Assembly: GCA_012026655.1 (NCBI GenBank)
Contig: JAAILG010000938.1
Location: 1 to 64,000, forward strand
Direction of reading: 5' to 3'
Origin: Hydrolagus affinis
Lineage: Eukaryota
DNA length: 64,000 nt
Of this stretch, positions 60,640 through 64,000 are shown in pieces; positions within the stretch are counted from its first letter, which is position 1, and each line of letters opens with the position of its first letter. The position numbers and the translations under genes were made by a program. The notes beneath the pieces are model-generated. The model had not been told where the DNA came from. It saw nothing but the letters and a program-made list of their open reading frames with translations, and ran no database searches.

Positions 60640-61225
60640 AAATACAATAGCAACTTGCATATACATAGCACCCTTCTCATTGAATAGCAGCTTAGAACTC
60701 TTTATAATTATGGGCTCAGATACTGAAGAGGGGAAAGGGGAAATGACCTTAGGCATGGTCAAAGAGGTAAGTTTAGGGTTGAACTTGAAGGCAGAGAGGA
60801 GGCAAGTAGGGGGGAATAGAGAGAGAATATACCAAGAGGAAATGGAATTTGAATTTGAAAGCCCAGCCACTGCTGGTGGAAAATATGTAGCAAACCCAAG
60901 TTAGCTATGCAGAGTGGGGGCAAGCAGAGGTATGGGGTGAAAGGAGTTCAGAGAAATAGAGATGCTACGGCATGAAGAAATTCATCAAGGATTCTGAAAC
61001 ATCTGTTTAAAACTGATCAACTAGGAAACAAGGGCCCAGTCTAACTTCCCGAATATTGGATGATAGGCATGCAGAGCTTGTTGAGGATGAATCTTCAGGC
61101 GGCAGAGTTTTTGATAAGTTCTAGTGTATGGATGGTGGATCTAGAAAGGTTGGTAGGGGGTTAGGTAGTCGCAGAGGTAGGGAGGAGGAAGGCCATGAAG
61201 GGTTTTGTGCATCCCAGCTATACAT
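60640..61225 (-). mobile_element. Old L2 fragment
   Basis: Degenerate tail; minus-strand reading ELIKNSAA-like motif near 61110. Confidence 0.6.
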
Positions 61226-62220
61226 GGAAATTTCAGAGATATTTATTGCAGGCCATAGATGCTTCCATTATAAGATCACACAGGAAAGGTACATTTACAG
61301 ACCAGGTGTGCATTAAAGGAAGGGTCATTTAAGGATACTTATCTACTAAGATTGGTAAATGTACCAACAAGCAGAGGACCACCACTCCATAATGTAATTT
61401 TTCTTTCCAGCTGTGGATGCATTCCTCCCCCAAATAATAACAAATGACGTCCTGAAAGATTGAATTCTAGCAACTGCTGTTCAAGAATATGAAATGAGAA
61501 GTTCAGTCACAGCCATCTGTTTTCCCATCAATCATCTCTTACTTTGTTATTCATGTAGGTGAAAAAGCAATACTTTCACGGGAAGCAGATAGCCTCTGGC
61601 CTTGCCTAGAGTAAATCAGCATAGATCCAGTGACCTGTTTCAACTGAAATCCAGCCAGCCCAAACCAGCCCAACCAAACCCACACACATCAAACTCAGGG
61701 CTAGAACTGGTCTCTTAATAACCCATTGCTCTTACAAACCAGTATGTCCTAAATCTTAGTCAGAGACAGACAATTGATTGTAAGACCACAAGTCTAACGC
61801 TTGCTGTCCAATACTTCCATTATAGGTTGCATATGTTTTATCTATTTTTCATGGATCAGCTATTTGAGCTACTAATAACTCAATGCCATATTGATGCTCT
61901 GGATGGAACCTTACCCTGTGAAGGTCCCCAAATTCCATCTAATCTTTACTTGTAAAACCATTTTTAACCATTTTGTGAAAAATTCTTAAATTTTGTTTTA
62001 AGTTGGTGAACTGTTCTTTTTAAGAACTATAGAAAATTAGCTTTTATCGCATGTTGCAAATGGCAGGGGAATGCTATAATTCTCCCTAGATTTAAACACT
62101 GTCCCTGGAACCATGGGTCTCTGGTTGAGTAATACAGTTTGTAGTGCAATATTTCCTGGCCCTTTGGACTATTGTGAACTCATGCAGATGTTTGCAGTTG
62201 TTTTCAATCTAGGAAGAGGA

Positions 62221-62800
62221 ACAACAACATTACATTTGTATAGCGGCTTTCCCATCAGGAGGATGTTCCAAAGTGCTAGATGAGCAATATTCCACACCCA
62301 AGCTGTTGGTATGGATTTGGGGAGGGTGGAGGGCAAGGGCAAGAAGGAGGTTGAGCGAAAGTATGGTCAAAGAGGAGGCCTTGAGGTGGGTTTTGAATGA
62401 GGCGAGAGATGGGCTGAGGCAGAGGGTCTGCGGAATGGAGTTCCAGATGGAGGGACCAAAATGGCTGAAGGCCCATTCGCTAATGGTGGGGCAGGTGAGG
62501 CGGGGGAAGTGAAGCAGACAGGGGCCTGCCGAATGGCAGAGATGATAGGGGCTTAAGAGGTCGCTGATGTAGGGGATAGCCATAGAGGGCTTTGAAGGTG
62601 AGGACCAGGATCTTGAACTGTATCGTCTGCATGATGGGAAGCCAGTGGAGTCAGGCAAGGTTGGAGCTAATATGGTGCATGGAGCCTGGTGCAGGAGAGG
62701 TGGATCATCTGGATGATCTGCAGCCCATGGAGCGAGAAGAAGAAGAGGCCTTGAAGCAAGGAGTTTGCAAAGTCAAACCTGGATGTCATGAATGAATATA
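62221..62800 (-). mobile_element. L2 3' fragment, subfamily A
   Basis: PYISDLLSPY...WAFSHFGPSIWNSIPQTL...SFKTHLK; tail. Confidence 0.88.
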
Positions 62801-63303
62801 TGAGAGTAAGTGTTGCACCTAATGAAAGAGAAGGAAGGAGTGGAGATTTGCAAGAGCCCCTATCATAGAAAGCTCAGCATCTGTCTGAGACATAACCCAG
62901 CCTTGTGTACTGCAATAGATCTTACACCGTGGTATGTTGGAGAAATGCCTCAGGAGGTTCTGGCTACTAAGCAAAGCAGAAATTGAATTTTGCCGTTTGC
63001 TATAGAAAGCCCTGGAGACTTATTTCAAACTCTGCAAAGGTTCTACTCGTGGTTGTGATGTCCCAACGGCCCCTAATAGTTACACATTTGGGAGCTTCCA
63101 AATCCCTACGGGAGACATTTCTAATACCCGGTGACATTCGGCATAAAGAAAAGTTGTAAATGCCATATTGGGAAGGACATCAGTCAGTGCCATTCTCATC
63201 TTTGGGTTAAAATGTTGTGGGTGCAAGTCCACGGTGGGTCTTGAGGTCATAGTCTGGTGTGACACTCCAATGCAGTAATAGGTGAGTAATGCATTGTTGG
63301 AGA

Positions 63304-63620
63304 TAATAATAATAAAATAATAAGCCTTGAATTTGATATAGCATTTGCATGTCTCTAGATGTCCCGAATCATTTCACAGAATATACTGTAAAGTGAATTG
63401 ACGTATATTTGTGGGCGAAACACAGCAGCCAATTGCAAACAGCAGTGTCTTGTAAACAGTCGTGGATTGAAGTGACCAAATTATTATTGTGTTTTTTCTT
63501 GAGGGATTATTATCAGGCGTGTGGAGTAAGGAAACTTACCCAAAGTTTTACCTTGCCAGAAATCAAATCCAGGTCTCTCGCTTGCAAGGCGAGTGCTCTA
63601 ACCACTGAGCTACAGGACTT
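63304..63620 (-). mobile_element. Young SINE, short variant, inserted in an old plus-strand Deu-SINE (63215-63650)
   Basis: Head and tail present; host reads tgacactccaatgcagta...ttgttggag|...|atgccttctttcaatgaagcgtt. Confidence 0.9.
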
Positions 63621-63699
63621 CAGAAGAGATGCCTTCTTTCAATGAAGCGTTCTCCAATAGATTCTCCTTCTGCCCCAGCCCCCTATCCCCGCCCCATTG

Positions 63700-64000
63700 A
63701 AGTCACATGTGGCATTATTCAGGGCTCCAACCTTTGTACTTCACCAACTATATATTCTCCTTGGTGATATCATCTGAAGACGTGGCTATTATACGGTGTA
63801 AAATATATCCTACGAAGCGCTTTGAGGTATCCTGAAGACATGGTAAGATGCTATATCCAGCTCATTCAGAACTCTGCCACCTGCATTCTCACCTGCACCA
63901 AACTTTGCTCCCCAATTATCCCAGTCCTTGCCAGACTTCACTGGCTCCCTGTCCCGGAGAGGATCGATTTCAAGATCCTCACTCATGTTTTCAAATCTCT
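63700..64000 (+). mobile_element. L2 subfamily B fragment running off the window
   Basis: IQLIQNSATCILT...PIIPVLARLHWLPVPERIDFKIL. Confidence 0.85.

Overview
Eukaryotic (vertebrate) non-coding DNA, repeat-dense and AT-rich. The mix of CR1 LINEs with an esterase ORF1, L2 LINEs, Deu-domain tRNA SINEs, Penelope and Tx1 fragments is what I associate with cartilaginous fishes. The dominant SINE resembles, from memory and unchecked, the elephant-shark SINE2-1_CM, so a chimaera (holocephalan) is my best guess. I recognise no host protein-coding exon or genuine RNA gene: every ORF I can identify is a decayed transposon ORF, so the window looks like a large intron or gene desert. Contents: a hAT MITE end, a decayed Gypsy gag-protease, many CR1 and L2 fragments, about 12 copies of a young tRNA-SINE in two structural variants, older SacSINE1/AmnSINE1-like SINEs, one Tx1/L1 3' end, a Penelope GIY-YIG fragment, Tigger and Charlie-type DNA transposons, and several repeat-free blocks that may be conserved non-coding elements. 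I found no convincing new biological system. The most interesting signals concern retroelement biology: a self-complementary CORE+Deu+L2 chimeric SINE with one copy inserted into another at a tail-complementary motif, a covarying 3' stem-loop shared by several families, about 20 isolated tail-only insertions, and an inverted-duplication rearrangement. All boundaries were placed by eye and are approximate.
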